Below, one piece after another: positions 11,806-22,400 of a stretch of 64,000 nucleotides of DNA. The stretch comes from Schmidtea nova (lineage: Eukaryota), in assembly GCA_044892505.1 (NCBI GenBank), contig CM097883.1, positions 400,892,001 to 400,956,000 on the forward strand. Direction: 5' to 3'. The notes beneath the pieces were generated by a model. That model ran no database searches and was not told the DNA's origin. It saw only the letters and a list, made by a program, of their open reading frames with translations. The stretch's first letter is position 1. Every line of letters begins with the position of its first letter. The translations under genes were made by a program, and so were the position numbers.

Positions 11806-11969
11806 GTTAACCATCACTTGGATTGGATTTTCTCGGGTTATCAAATAAATCAGTTCTAATGCATAATTTGATTCTTTCCTCATTTTTTCGACAGTACATC
11901 ATTAGATAGCATGTTAATCGCCCAACAATTGGACATTGTGCTTTTCTAAATAGTTTTGTTTTTATAACG
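11806..11969 (-). pseudogene. RPS5: 40S ribosomal protein S5 (uS7) pseudogene fragment
   Basis: RY.[22 protein letters not shown]...RIK/YALELIYLITRENPIQVMVN matches RPS5 [24 protein letters not shown]...[21 protein letters not shown], with two frameshifts and no flanking RPS5 sequence. Confidence 0.8.
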
Positions 11970-12478
11970 AAAGCTGCGGAGCCGTAACATGTGGTGAAGA
12001 AAACGCGAAGGCGGCGACAAGAGAAAGAGAAGGGAAAGAAGAAAAAGGTAAAAGGAAAGAGAATGATCGAAAAGAAAGAGAATTATATTCACAGTATTCG
12101 ATGCAGTCTAGTCCTATACGGCGTTCGCGAACCCATGGGTTGATTGTGACGCGATGCTTTGTAGTAGAAGTAGTCTTAGAGATTCTTTCAAAATTGAAAG
12201 TTGTCTAGAAGTATTGCTGCGAGCAGGTGAACAAATTATTTCCGGGATTCCGGTGGTGTTCTTGTCATCAGAGTTAGAAAGCCAATTGGTTATATCAGTA
12301 GAAGGTATCTCTGCATCGTGCGAACAAGTATTTTCAGTAAGCACGACCAGTGAAAGAAGAGTTGAATCCATATCTAGAAGAATGAGTGGTGATCTCGAAT
12401 CGACAGATTTTTTATTTGTCTGTGGTGAACTGTTTGTAAAAGGACAAACTCTCTAGCGTTGGGATCGGTTAATGATAG

Positions 12479-12608
12479 ATCGATAGTGTGAACATCATCA
12501 GTGCTCCATTTAATGGGGAAAAAAGATATAACCATATGTACTATATATACTATGGTTATATCTTTTTTCCCCATTAAATGGAGCACTGATGATGTTCACA
12601 CTATCGAT
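12479..12608. repeat. Perfect 58-bp inverted repeat with 14-nt spacer (foldback/MITE-like hairpin)
   Basis: 12479-12536 is the exact reverse complement of 12551-12608. The spacer is TGTACTATATATAC. Confidence 0.95.
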
Positions 12609-12609
12609 G

Positions 12610-13070
12610 ACCTTACGTTGAACAGTTCCTACCGAGCGGAATGCGAGGTCAGCACTGTGAGGCTATCGGTGATCTTTTTAAAGGTTGTTATGAGCCGAAT
12701 CAAGACAACCCAAAAATCATGGTTTGATATTTAAAAACTCGGATAATTATCGCACACATTAATTGGGAGGCATGTATTTTTCGTAGGAGTAGTCAAGCAA
12801 TTTTAGATAAATGTCCATAAGTCGGGGTTAAAATAATATTCAATAACACAAATCACATCTTATATCGACGCCAGACAGGTAGAGATATCTATCGACGCAC
12901 AGTACGTTGAAGTTAGGCTTGTTATTGAAAGAGTCTAACGCTTACAGATTATAGTACAAACTCACAAGGATGCAGTCAATTAGAAAGGGTACTCGGTGTT
13001 CACGGAATGATCTGAATTACTTGCAAAGGAAATCAACATCGTATAATTACTATAACTACGATCTCGTATA
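12610..13070 (+). mobile_element. Possible decayed non-LTR (LINE) reverse transcriptase fragment
   Basis: Weak matches to the RT C-terminal half: VGVKIIFNNT (cf. KVGLKINxxKT) and EISIDAQYVEV (cf. IxIDGxxIExV). Many stops. Confidence 0.3.
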
Positions 13071-13185
13071 GGTAACACATTGGCAGAAATAGTGGACACA
13101 GGACCCTGTTTCGCGGGGGGGGGGGGGGCGCAAGCTATAGGGGCTCAAAATTATCATTGAAAAAATTGTGCAATATTTTTTATAC

Positions 13186-13287
13186 ATGTACATAATATAT
13201 TATATTATAAAATATATTATATTTTCTGCATCAATTATAGTGGGCTCACAAATATAAAATCATGTTCATTGAATTTCAACTTTTGTA
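13186..13287. repeat. ~100-bp dispersed direct repeat (partner at ~15137-15233)
   Basis: GTACATAATATATT...TTTTCTGCATCAATTATAGTGGGCTCA...GAATTTCAACTT is present at both sites with few differences. Confidence 0.85.
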
Positions 13288-14724
13288 CTACTTAATAAAG
13301 GCACTAATTTGTATATTTGATATAAATGCAAAAAAATATAGTGAAGACATCAAGAGAATTGCCACTGCAAATGGCTATGGTGAAGGCAATGCTGCACGAT
13401 GAAATAAAATCCATACGCGAACTCGGTGAGCCGCAAGCGTTCCACAGGTGATAAAAGCATTATTATTATTTCTCACGCTACCTGTCACTGATTTCATTTT
13501 CAAAATTAAAAAATAAATAATTATTTGCGAAATACTATCGTTAAAGACCGTTTAATAGATCTTTCAATCCTTTCTACTGAGGCAAAAGCTACTTGAAAAC
13601 GATTAAAAACATCATTACTAATTTTGCACAAATGAAATCGAGAAGGAAAGTTGGTAATTAAAGGCTGTTAAGTTTTATTTTTTGTTATTTTAACGTTATT
13701 TCTCTTTTAATTTTGTTAATTATATGTGAAATAAATATCTAACATGTGACTTTTTTATTAAATAAAAATTTGGTGAAATAAATTTTTGTGAGGGGTAACC
13801 ACCTATAATTCATTGAATAAATGTTTATCTTACTAATTAATTAATCATATATTATTGTTATTTTCAGTAACTCGTTTGTTACATTCACTCAATGTCTAAA
13901 GTTTCGTTTGAAAAGTAATTTTGAGATATATTGATTTATATGTAATACGTTTCTGTATTTTCTATAAAACTTTGAATAATTAATGAAAAAAAGCAATTAT
14001 AAGTTTACGTAATTATATTATTTATAATGAAACTTTAAAAAAGTTAAAGAAGAATCTGAGAATCAGGATCTTATTTTTGTGCTAAAATTTGCAGCTAAAA
14101 GGGACTACTATCTCTGCTAGCACTTTCGCATGGACTCTGCCACATTTATATGTCAACCGTGTGTATCTTGATTTTTTGAATTTGGCTTAATGTAAAAGCA
14201 TTTTGAAAATTTTGTGATTATAAATAAATTTTTTTTAAAAATTCTTTTCTCATTTTGGAATGTTTATTGTTAGAGAAGTTCGCAGAATCCATTTTTTAGA
14301 GAAGACTAATTATTGCACAGCTATTTGAAATATAAACTGCAGCAACTGAAGGTGTCTCGTATGTGGAAAGTTTCAAAAATATCACAAATACCTATGCTCA
14401 CCAATTGAAACACCAAAAATATAATATTTTTAATTAAATTATGAAATTGCAAATAATGAGAAATATAGAAGAGGAAATGATAATCCTAGAAACTTAAACG
14501 ACACTTAACGAATCATATTGAGGAAATTAAGGACACGTGTATAACAATTCTGAGACAGATGTCTAAAAACCGATCTAAACCTCAAAACTAGAATATCATT
14601 AAGAGTGAAATTTCTAACATTAGAAAAATTGAAACGAGGAAAAATAATGAATGACAAAATAAAATGAAGGATAATAAAGAAAAACAGATAAATCATTAAA
14701 AAGGAATGGATGAATATAAAAAAG

Positions 14725-14768
14725 TACCGTATATTTCGGCGTATAAGGCGACCGTCAGATAAGACGAG
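14725..14768 (+). mobile_element. Solo Tc2/pogo-like transposon end
   Basis: TA followed by CCGTATATTTCGGCGTATAAGGCGACC...ATAAGACG, a typical Tc2/pogo-family terminus after a TA target. No partner end was seen. Confidence 0.5.
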
Positions 14769-16898
14769 GTACAAAATTAGAGTACAAATTTAGGTACAAA
14801 TTTAGATATGCATAAAAGTAGTATAAATACAACTACAAATAAATCCAAAGTACAAATATAACTGATATAAGAAATTAGAGACAAAAAGAGAAAACAATAT
14901 TTAAAAAAATATAAATAAAGCCGAAATAATTAAAAATTTAGAAACCAATTAAAATAAAAAACCAAATATATTAAAATAAAATCACTTATATAATTGAATA
15001 AACCAAAAAGGATTATTGCTGATTAGTCGGTTCACAATGCGAAACGGTTCTCATTCACAAATGTTAGCATTTTTTCAGTTAGTAATCACATTGCTTAACT
15101 GTATAAGTACTTCAACAGTTTATAGTTTCATTAGTAGTACATAATATATTATATTATATTATAAAATATCTATTTTCTGCATCAATTATAGTGGGCTCAA
15201 AAATATAAAATCATGTTCTTTGAATTTCAACTTAATTTAATTTAGTCTGATTAAATCGTTTGTGAACAAAGTGAAATAATGTATTCATTGAATTTTCATT
15301 GTATACTGACGGGGTCAATAAATTGGTAATTTTATATTTTGATTTTAATTTTAATTTTATCTTTAATCTCAACTCATTGTATGTAAGGAAGCCCCTAGTG
15401 GCTTAATGAGTTCCTAAGGGGTTCCCAACTAGACGAACTTACACTCTTCTAATGAAGAAGAGTAGTCCGACTTAAGAGGTGTATCATTGATCTATCAACG
15501 TCCATCCGGCAAACACCAACCGCCAACCTCAATTCCCTAACTGCGCTCAACTACGATCGATTAAGCTAGTGAAAATCTAGCTTAGTATTATAATTATAGT
15601 TTTTAAGTTATATAAATGCAAAATTTCTTATTAGGAAACAGATTTATATTCCTTGCATGAAGTCCATAAAAGTTAAAGATATAACATATATTTTTATGTC
15701 ATTATTTAAGAAATACGTAATCAAGTATCTTAATGGTAAAAGAATAATCCGGATTGGTTTTTATATAAAAATTTACAAATTTATACAATCTGTTTACTAA
15801 CTACTTTATCAGTAGTTTTTTATAATTTTTTTTAATTAATCAAACTTTATTTCAATATTAGTCTATGTGCAATTTTGAATTCAAATTTGAATCCGAATTT
15901 GTTACAAAAAATTAAAAAAGTGGGATTTGAACCTCCTACATTTTAACTCGGACCTATTTAAAAAATTGGTTGGTAAGCAAAAAATTTAATCGGAATATAA
16001 ATGTATATTATTCCAGTGGAAGCTACGACAAACTCGGTCTAATCAGAATTTAAGGTAACTTTTCAGCCGAAGTTTTAAAAAATTTACTTTACAGTTTGAA
16101 AATCAGCTCAAGTTATGTTTTAGCCGTAACAATCATCTGTTATGAAAAATAATTCGAAGAAGTCCTCATTTAGTTGACAAAATCGAAAATAGCGAAATAA
16201 ATTAAATTAAACGAAGCTCAATTAAAAAATGAAAAATTAAATAAAATAAAATACCAATAGAAAAAGAAATATTTTTATATTTATTTTTTCATGAATTATA
16301 TAGTTGTATTTTTGTTATCTTTAAATTTATATAAGAATTTTTATTGTTTGTAAAATTATAATTTTTTAACATTTTTATTAAATCACGATCTTTTAAAATT
16401 GCAATAGTAAAATGAATATAATTTTAACTCCCGAATAAACTAAGCGAAATATTTTCATGTATGTGTGTATATCATGATGAATTTTGTCTTGCGTAGTGTG
16501 ATGTAAGCGTGTAGACATTAAAAGGGTCGAAAAATGGCTTAAGATTTCTCAGTTTTTAATATCATTTTTAACCATTTCTTCTCATTTTTTTATTTGGCTT
16601 TGATTTCAAGTTTTTTTTAATATATGATCGTAAATGCGATTTGATGTGACATAACCAACAATTTTATTAAAGTTTTCTTTAAAAATACTTATTTAATTTT
16701 ATGTTGAAAAAATTATTTTAAATTTATTATTCAATAGTAAATTTTTTATATTTTTAATAAAATTGAAATTTGATTTTTTTCAAAAAAATTTTAAAACTTA
16801 TTGTAAATTAAAATAAACAACCAATGAAAATGAGAAAAATTATTAGCAATTTATTGACATTATCTACTATAGGTATTTAATTAAATATTGAATTTTAA

Positions 16899-17531
16899 AT
16901 GTCGAAATATATTCCCCCTCATTTAAGAAATAAAATTGAAAAAGATGAAAAAGAATTACAAACGAATGTTGCTACAAAATATATTCCCCCTCATTTGAGA
17001 GGAAATGAATTTACGAAAAAATCAGTTATAAAAAGTACCGAAATAGAAAGTCAAAAGGTCGATAAAGACATATGGAAAGCATTTTCAAATTCAAATGCTT
17101 TCGAAAACTCGGTTGATAATTTGTTAGTGGAAATAAAAAATTTAAATTTATCCGATGAAGATATTAAATTATATAGTTATTTAGTCGAAATAAGTAATTT
17201 TGTCAAAACTTTTAAAACGATCGATATTGAAAGAATATTAGTAAAATATTCAGAAGATGGATTCGGTTTAAAGTGGATTAATAATGATTATTGTTTTGTT
17301 ATATTTTCTAATTCTCAAATTGCAAAAGAAGCTATTAATGATAGTCATTTGAAGGAATCATTTACCGTTAAAGGAATAAATGAAATATCGCAATATGGAA
17401 AAAATACAATTTTAAACTCGCCAGGTAGTTGGTTGCTGCCGTTTAAAAAAAGGCCCAAAGGATCTGTAGTAGCAGCTCAAAGAATGATTTATCATTCATT
17501 ACAAATTAATACAAAATCAGGAAAAAAATAA
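16899..17531 (+). CDS. R3HCC1/R3HCC1L-like protein (C-terminal RRM-like domain), 210 aa, intronless
   Basis: LVEISNFVKTFKTIDIERILVKYSEDGFGLKWINNDYCFVIFS and LLPFKKRPKGSVVAAQRMIYHSLQI align with R3HCC1L VIEIYDFPxEFxTEDL...GFDIKWVDDTHALGVFS and [25 protein letters not shown]. The ORF is intact and AATAAA overlaps the stop. Confidence 0.8.
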   Translation: MSKYIPPHLRNKIEKDEKELQTNVATKYIPPHLRGNEFTKKSVIKSTEIESQKVDKDIWKAFSNSNAFENSVDNLLVEIKNLNLSDEDIKLYSYLVEISNFVKTFKTIDIERILVKYSEDGFGLKWINNDYCFVIFSNSQIAKEAINDSHLKESFTVKGINEISQYGKNTILNSPGSWLLPFKKRPKGSVVAAQRMIYHSLQINTKSGKK

Positions 17532-18753
17532 AACATTTAAAATTGTTTTACGTCCTATTTATTGATAACTGATCTTTACAATAAAAAAATTTAACATGAA
17601 AAATTTTTTTTGTAAATTAACGTTTTGAATGTGAAATGTTTTATGAATAATATTAGTACAATATCTATATTTGAATTTATATTTCGTTTGCATAAATTTA
17701 TTGTAATAATTTTTAAATATTTTGCTACTTTTTTAAATTTTATGAATTAAGATTATTATTGTATATAGCAATACTGCAAGTAACTAAAACGGTTCATTTC
17801 ACTGTAAATTTGCAAATTTTTTTGTATTATATTGACACGAAACTTAGATTTAAAATTTCTTTTAGAATATAAAAAAATCTTTATCTTTACAATAATCAAA
17901 CTGATTTCCTGGAACGGCCAAAGTTGCTTAGAAAACTACATGTTTTCTCCTAACTATTTTGCACTGGAGTTTTGTCGTGTTATGTAAAAACGTTGAAATC
18001 AAATCTTAGGGTTCCCCCTATCACCCCTCCCTAAATCTGTTTTAGAAGCACGCCTTTATCGATATTTTAAATATATATGTAAAGTAAAGTATATATATGT
18101 AAAGTAAAGTAACCAACTGTCAAGTATTTGAACTTATAACAATACCCTCTAAATCGCGTTCCTCAAATTAAATTATTGAAATGATTCAACAAATCTTACG
18201 TTAAATGAGTTAAACATCTATGTCATGTCTTATATTTTGTTCTATGAATTCGTTATTCCCATTCTGAAGGTTTGTCAGTAATATTCACTTTAATTTTTCA
18301 TTAACAAATTATATATATATATATATAAATATCATTCTTACATCAAATGATTACATTGCAAGTATTTGATAAGTATGGCCTACAAATCTTACTTGTCCCT
18401 TTCCGACATACGCAAGTCAATGAATGTAACTTATTCATCGACTTCTTATTTATTTATTTTACAGGTTCGTGGAGAATATAACGTTTATACGTTAAATGAG
18501 TTAAACATCTATGTCATGTCTTATATTTTGTTCTATGAATTCGTTATTCCCATTCTGAAGGTTTGTCAGTAATATTCACTTTAATTTTTCATTAACAAAT
18601 TATATATATATATATAAATATCATTCTTACATCAAATGATTACATTGCAAGTATTTGATAAGTATGGCCTACAAATCTTACTTGACCCTTTCCGACATAT
18701 GCAAGTCAATGAATGTAACTTATTCATCGACTTCTTATTTATTTATTTTACAG

Positions 18754-18849
18754 GTTCGTGGAGAATATAACGTTTATACGTTAAATGAGTTAAACATCTA
18801 TGTCATGTCTTATATTTTGTTCTATGAATTCGTTATTCCCATTCTGAAG
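18754..18849 (+). other. Representative 96-nt exon-like cassette present in every monomer (V/IRGEYNVYTLNELNIYVMSYILFYEFVIPILK)
   Basis: Preceded by TTATTTATTTATTTTACAG and followed by GTTTGT after AAG. It is 32 codons, open only in phase 0. Confidence 0.55.
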
Positions 18850-18920
18850 GTTTGTCAGTAATATTCACTTTAATTTTTCATTAACAAATTACGTAAATTT
18901 CTAATGGTGTGAATCTCCAG

Positions 18921-18989
18921 CTAATGATTCCTCAGTGGTGTATTTCACCCTTTCCCATTGGCACGAAATTCAGAATGCCGCCGGTTTAT
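18921..18989 (+). other. Representative 69-nt exon-like cassette at the start of each spacer (LMIPQWCISPFPIGTKFRMPPVY)
   Basis: CAG acceptor at 18918-18920 and a perfect GTGAGT donor at 18990. It is 23 codons, open in phase 0, separated from the 96-nt cassette by a 71-nt GT-AG interval. Confidence 0.5.
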
Positions 18990-19250
18990 GTGAGTATTAT
19001 AATCTTTTGATTTTTATTATCTTACATAACATTCATCCCTTCTGGACAAGACCTTTTTTGAAAATAGCTCTTTTCGATATATTTTTATTTGCGTAATTTT
19101 ATGCGCTAAATCGGAGAAACTAAAATTTACTTGAACGTAGTTACAGGTCATTCGACCAGCATATCACATCGTGAGAGGTTTTCATGAAGGAGTGAGTAGG
19201 AGAAAATTGTACCGCAGTTATTACGTAATAGAAATTAATAGTTATACTGT

Positions 19251-19422
19251 TACCGCAGGCGACGCTAATCTGAGAAACGACTAATGGATTTTTAATAGAT
19301 ATTTTGACTATATGAGCTAAGGTGAGAGCGACAAATTACCGCAGGTGACGCTAATCTGAGAAACGACTAATGGATTTTTAATAGATATTTTGACTATATG
19401 AGCTAAGGTGAGAGCGACAAAT
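19251..19422 (+). repeat. 86-bp sub-repeat inside the spacer
   Basis: TACCGCAGG(C/T)GACGC...GCGACAAAT at 19251 and 19337. Two copies in spacers 1-9, four in spacer 10, three in spacer 11 and one in spacer 12. Confidence 0.95.
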
Positions 19423-22400
19423 TACAATAATACCAAATGAGTAATTGAATTTAGTGCCGATTAATGCTCACAGAGGAAATTTAGTGATAATGTAGTAGAG
19501 AGCTGAATCGAATTATTTGGTGAGGGAATATTTTTTGAAGGCATTAAGGTCCGGAAAATACTCAATAGTATAAAATTTTCAGAAATATGTCAGTGGCATG
19601 GGGATTAAATCCATTTACGATCAACGAGAGTTAATTAAGGATAATGGGAGTACGTGGGCTTAATTTACTTTTTTGTAAGAACGACGAGCGAATTCATTAA
19701 GAACGAGTTAAGGCACGACGCAGAGACAAGGTGGCCTACAAATCTTACTTGTCCCTTTCCGACATACGCAAGTCAATGAATGTAACTTATTCATCGACTT
19801 CTTATTTATTTATTTTACAGATTCGTGGAGAATATAATGTTTATACGTTAAATGAGTTAAACATCTATGTCATGTCTTATATTTTGTTCTATGAATTCGT
19901 TATTCCCATTCTGAAGGTTTGTCAGTAATATTCACTTTAATTTTTCATTAACAAATTATATATATATATAAATATCATTATTACATCAAATGATTACATT
20001 GCAAGTATTTGATAAGTATGGCCTACAAATCTTACTTGTCCCTTTCCGACATACGCAAGTCAATGAATGTAACTTATTCATCGACTTCTTATTTATTTAT
20101 TTTACAGATTCGTGGAGAATATAATGTTTATACGTTAAATGAATTAAACATCTATGTCATGTCTTATATTTTGTTCTATGAATTCGTTATTTCGATTCTG
20201 AAGGTTTGTCAGTAATATTCACTTTAATTTTTCATTAACAAATTATATATATAAATATCATTATTACATCAAATGATTACATTGCAAGTATTTGATAAGT
20301 ATGGCCTACAAATCTTACTTGTCCCTTTCCGACATACGCAAGTCAATGAATGTAACTTATTCATCGACTTCTTATTTATTTATTTTACAGATTCGTGGAG
20401 AATATAATGTTTATACGTTAAATGATTTAAACATCTATGTCATGTCTTATATTTTGTTCTATGAATTCGTTATTCCCATTCTGAAGGTTTGTCAGTAATA
20501 TTCACTTTAATTTTTCATTAACAAATTATATATATAAATATCATTATTACATCAAATGATTACATTGCAAGTATTTGATAAGTATGGCCTACAAATCTTA
20601 CTTGACCCTTTCCGACATATGCAAGTCAATGAATGTAACTTATTCATCGACTTCTTATTTATTTATTTTACAGATTCGTGGAGAATATAATGTTTATACG
20701 TTAAATGAATTAAACATCTATGTCATGTCTTATATTTTGTTCTATGAATTCGTTATTTCGATTCTGAAGGTTTGTCAGTAATATTCACTTTAATTTTTCA
20801 TTAACAAATTATATATATAAATATCATTATTACATCAAATGATTACATTGCAAGTATTTGATAAGTATGGCCTACAAATCTTACTTGTCCCTTTCCGACA
20901 TACGCAAGTCAATGAATGTAACTTATTCATCGACTTCTTATTTATTTATTTTACAGATTCGTGGAGAATATAATGTTTATACGTTAAATGAGTTAAACAT
21001 CTATGTCATGTCTTATATTTTGTTCTATGAATTCGTTATTCCCATTCTGAAGGTTTGTCAGTAATATTCACTTTAATTTTTCATTAACAAATTATATATA
21101 TAAATATCATTATTACATCAAATGATTACATTGCAAGTATTTGATAAGTATGGCCTACAAATCTTACTTGACCCTTTCCGACATATGCAAGTCAATGAAT
21201 GTAACTTATTCATCGACTTCTTATTTATTTATTTTACAGATTCGTGGAGAATATAATGTTTATACGTTAAATGAATTAAACATCTATGTCATGTCTTATA
21301 TTTTGTTCTATGAATTCGTTATTTCGATTCTGAAGGTTTGTCAGTAATATTCACTTTAATTTTTCATTAACAAATTATATATATAAATATCATTATTACA
21401 TCAAATGATTACATTGCAAGTATTTGATAAGTATGGCCTACAAATCTTACTTGTCCCTTTCCGACATACGCAAGTCAATGAATGTAACTTATTCATCGAC
21501 TTCTTATTTATTTATTTTACAGATTCGTGGAGAATATAATGTTTATACGTTAAATGAGTTAAACATCTATGTCATGTCTTATATTTTGTTCTATGAATTC
21601 GTTATTCCCATTCTGAAGGTTTGTCAGTAATATTCACTTTAATTTTTCATTAACAAATTATATATATATATATATAAATATCATTATTACATCAAATGAT
21701 TACATTGCAAGTATTTGATAAGTATGGCCTACAAATCTTACTTGTCCCTTTCCGACATACGCAAGTCAATGAATGTAACTTATTCATCGACTTCTTATTT
21801 ATTTATTTTACAGGTTCGTGGAGAATATAACGTTTATACGTTAAATGAGTTAAACATCTATGTCATGTCTTATATTTTGTTCTATGAATTCGTTATTCCC
21901 ATTCTGAAGGTTTGTCAGTAATATTCACTTTAATTTTTCATTAACAAATTATATATATATATATATAAATATCATTCTTACATCAAATGATTACATTGCA
22001 AGTATTTGATAAGTATGGCCTACAAATCTTACTTGACCCTTTCCGACATATGCAAGTCAATGAATGTAACTTATTCATCGACTTCTTATTTATTTATTTT
22101 ACAGGTTCGTGGAGAATATAACGTTTATACGTTAAATGAGTTAAACATCTATGTCATGTCTTATATTTTGTTCTATGAATTCGTTATTCCCATTCTGAAG
22201 GTTTGTCAGTAATATTCACTTTAATTTTTCATTAACAAATTACGTAAATTTCTAATGGTGTGAATCTCCAGCTAATGATTCCTCAGTGGTGTATTTCACC
22301 CTTTCCCATTGGCACGAAATTCAGAATGCCGCCGGTTTATGTGAGTATTATAATCTTTTGATTTTTATTATCTTACATAACATTCATCCCTTCTGGACAA

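Noticed and set aside
12374-12734. Two ORFs on opposite strands with the same N-terminus (MLHLMGKKDIT)
   Set aside because: An artefact of the perfect palindrome.
18820-18890. Spliced-leader RNA, snoRNA or U1 gene in the monomer (AAG|GT donor with AATTTTTC; ATGATTA...CTGA; ATACTTATC on the minus strand)
   Set aside because: The Sm-like site lacks the terminal G, the C-box is mismatched with no terminal stem, and the U1 match stops after 7 nt. It cannot be supported without an Infernal search or SL-tagged cDNAs.
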